Shown here piece after piece: positions 20,076 to 20,603 of a stretch of 20,603 nucleotides of DNA; the first letter of the stretch is position 1; every line of letters begins with the position of its first letter. Both the position numbers and the translations under genes were made by a program. The notes below the pieces were generated by a model. It was not told the DNA's origin. It did no database searches and worked only from the letters and a program-made list of their open reading frames with translations. This DNA is from Ginkgo biloba (taxonomy: Eukaryota; Plantae; Ginkgophyta): positions 77,053,429-77,074,031 of the forward strand of contig JANKJI020000002.1 of the NCBI GenBank assembly GCA_024626585.2, in the 5' to 3' direction.

Positions 20076-20270
20076 GCATGCATGCATGAACGTTTTGGTG
20101 GTTGCATGCAAGGACATGCATGCGCATGAATGCACATGCAAACCAGTCAATTGATGAAGAGAGAGGGCACATGCATGCGGTCGAGAATAGCTAGTGATGT
20201 GCACATGCAAGACTAGGCACTAATCCCAAGGAGGAGGAACATGCAACACAAAAGTCAGAGTTGCATGCAT
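20076..20270. repeat. Cluster of CATGCA (RY-like) motifs
   Basis: CATGCA at 20077, 20081, 20105, 20115, 20135, 20170, 20204, 20240 and 20264 (nine in ~195 bp). Confidence 0.75.
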
Positions 20271-20603
20271 TTTAAGTTCAATTCAAACTGAAGTGAAGAA
20301 GAACTATTGAGTTTGAACGTAGACGTTGGAGTCAAAGTCAAAGATTCTTTTCATAGAAGGCGATTGGAATATTGCTTGAAGATTCCAAAGTTAAAGTGTA
20401 ATTAAAGTTTCAATTAAGTCAATGTATAAAAAAGAAAAGTACCTTTTTTAGGATTAGGGTTTTAGGCCTAAAGTTAGGCGTTTTACTCAAGGCCCATTTA
20501 ATGCATGTAAGGCATGGAGTTTGTACAATTATTCATTTTTATTTTTTTGGAAAAATCTCTCCGAGTGTGGTGGCCTCTAAGACAACTTTTCAACTGTTCA
20601 TAT

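Overview
AT-rich, gap-riddled eukaryotic DNA that looks like a large land-plant genome (gymnosperm-like TE families; inference). About 14 kb of nested, decayed transposon debris comes first. It includes three Ty3/gypsy-type gag remnants on the minus strand (one with zinc knuckle, aspartic protease and tRNA-Met PBS), another minus-strand LTR+PBS, a 16/21-bp higher-order minisatellite, and two ~97-bp-period arrays of a 32-bp G-box palindrome. Next is the 5' part of an apparently intact plus-strand host gene: a ~2.3-kb exon (14199-16513, crossed by two assembly gaps) and a 239-bp exon (16775-17013). It encodes an armadillo-like (LRRK2/ARMC6-type) repeat protein with very large low-complexity insertions. 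The following intron holds a plus-strand LTR retrotransposon remnant abutting a dead hAT (DUF659-type) transposase. No prokaryotic features, RNA genes or CRISPR array were found. All family calls are by-eye motif recognition, not database hits.
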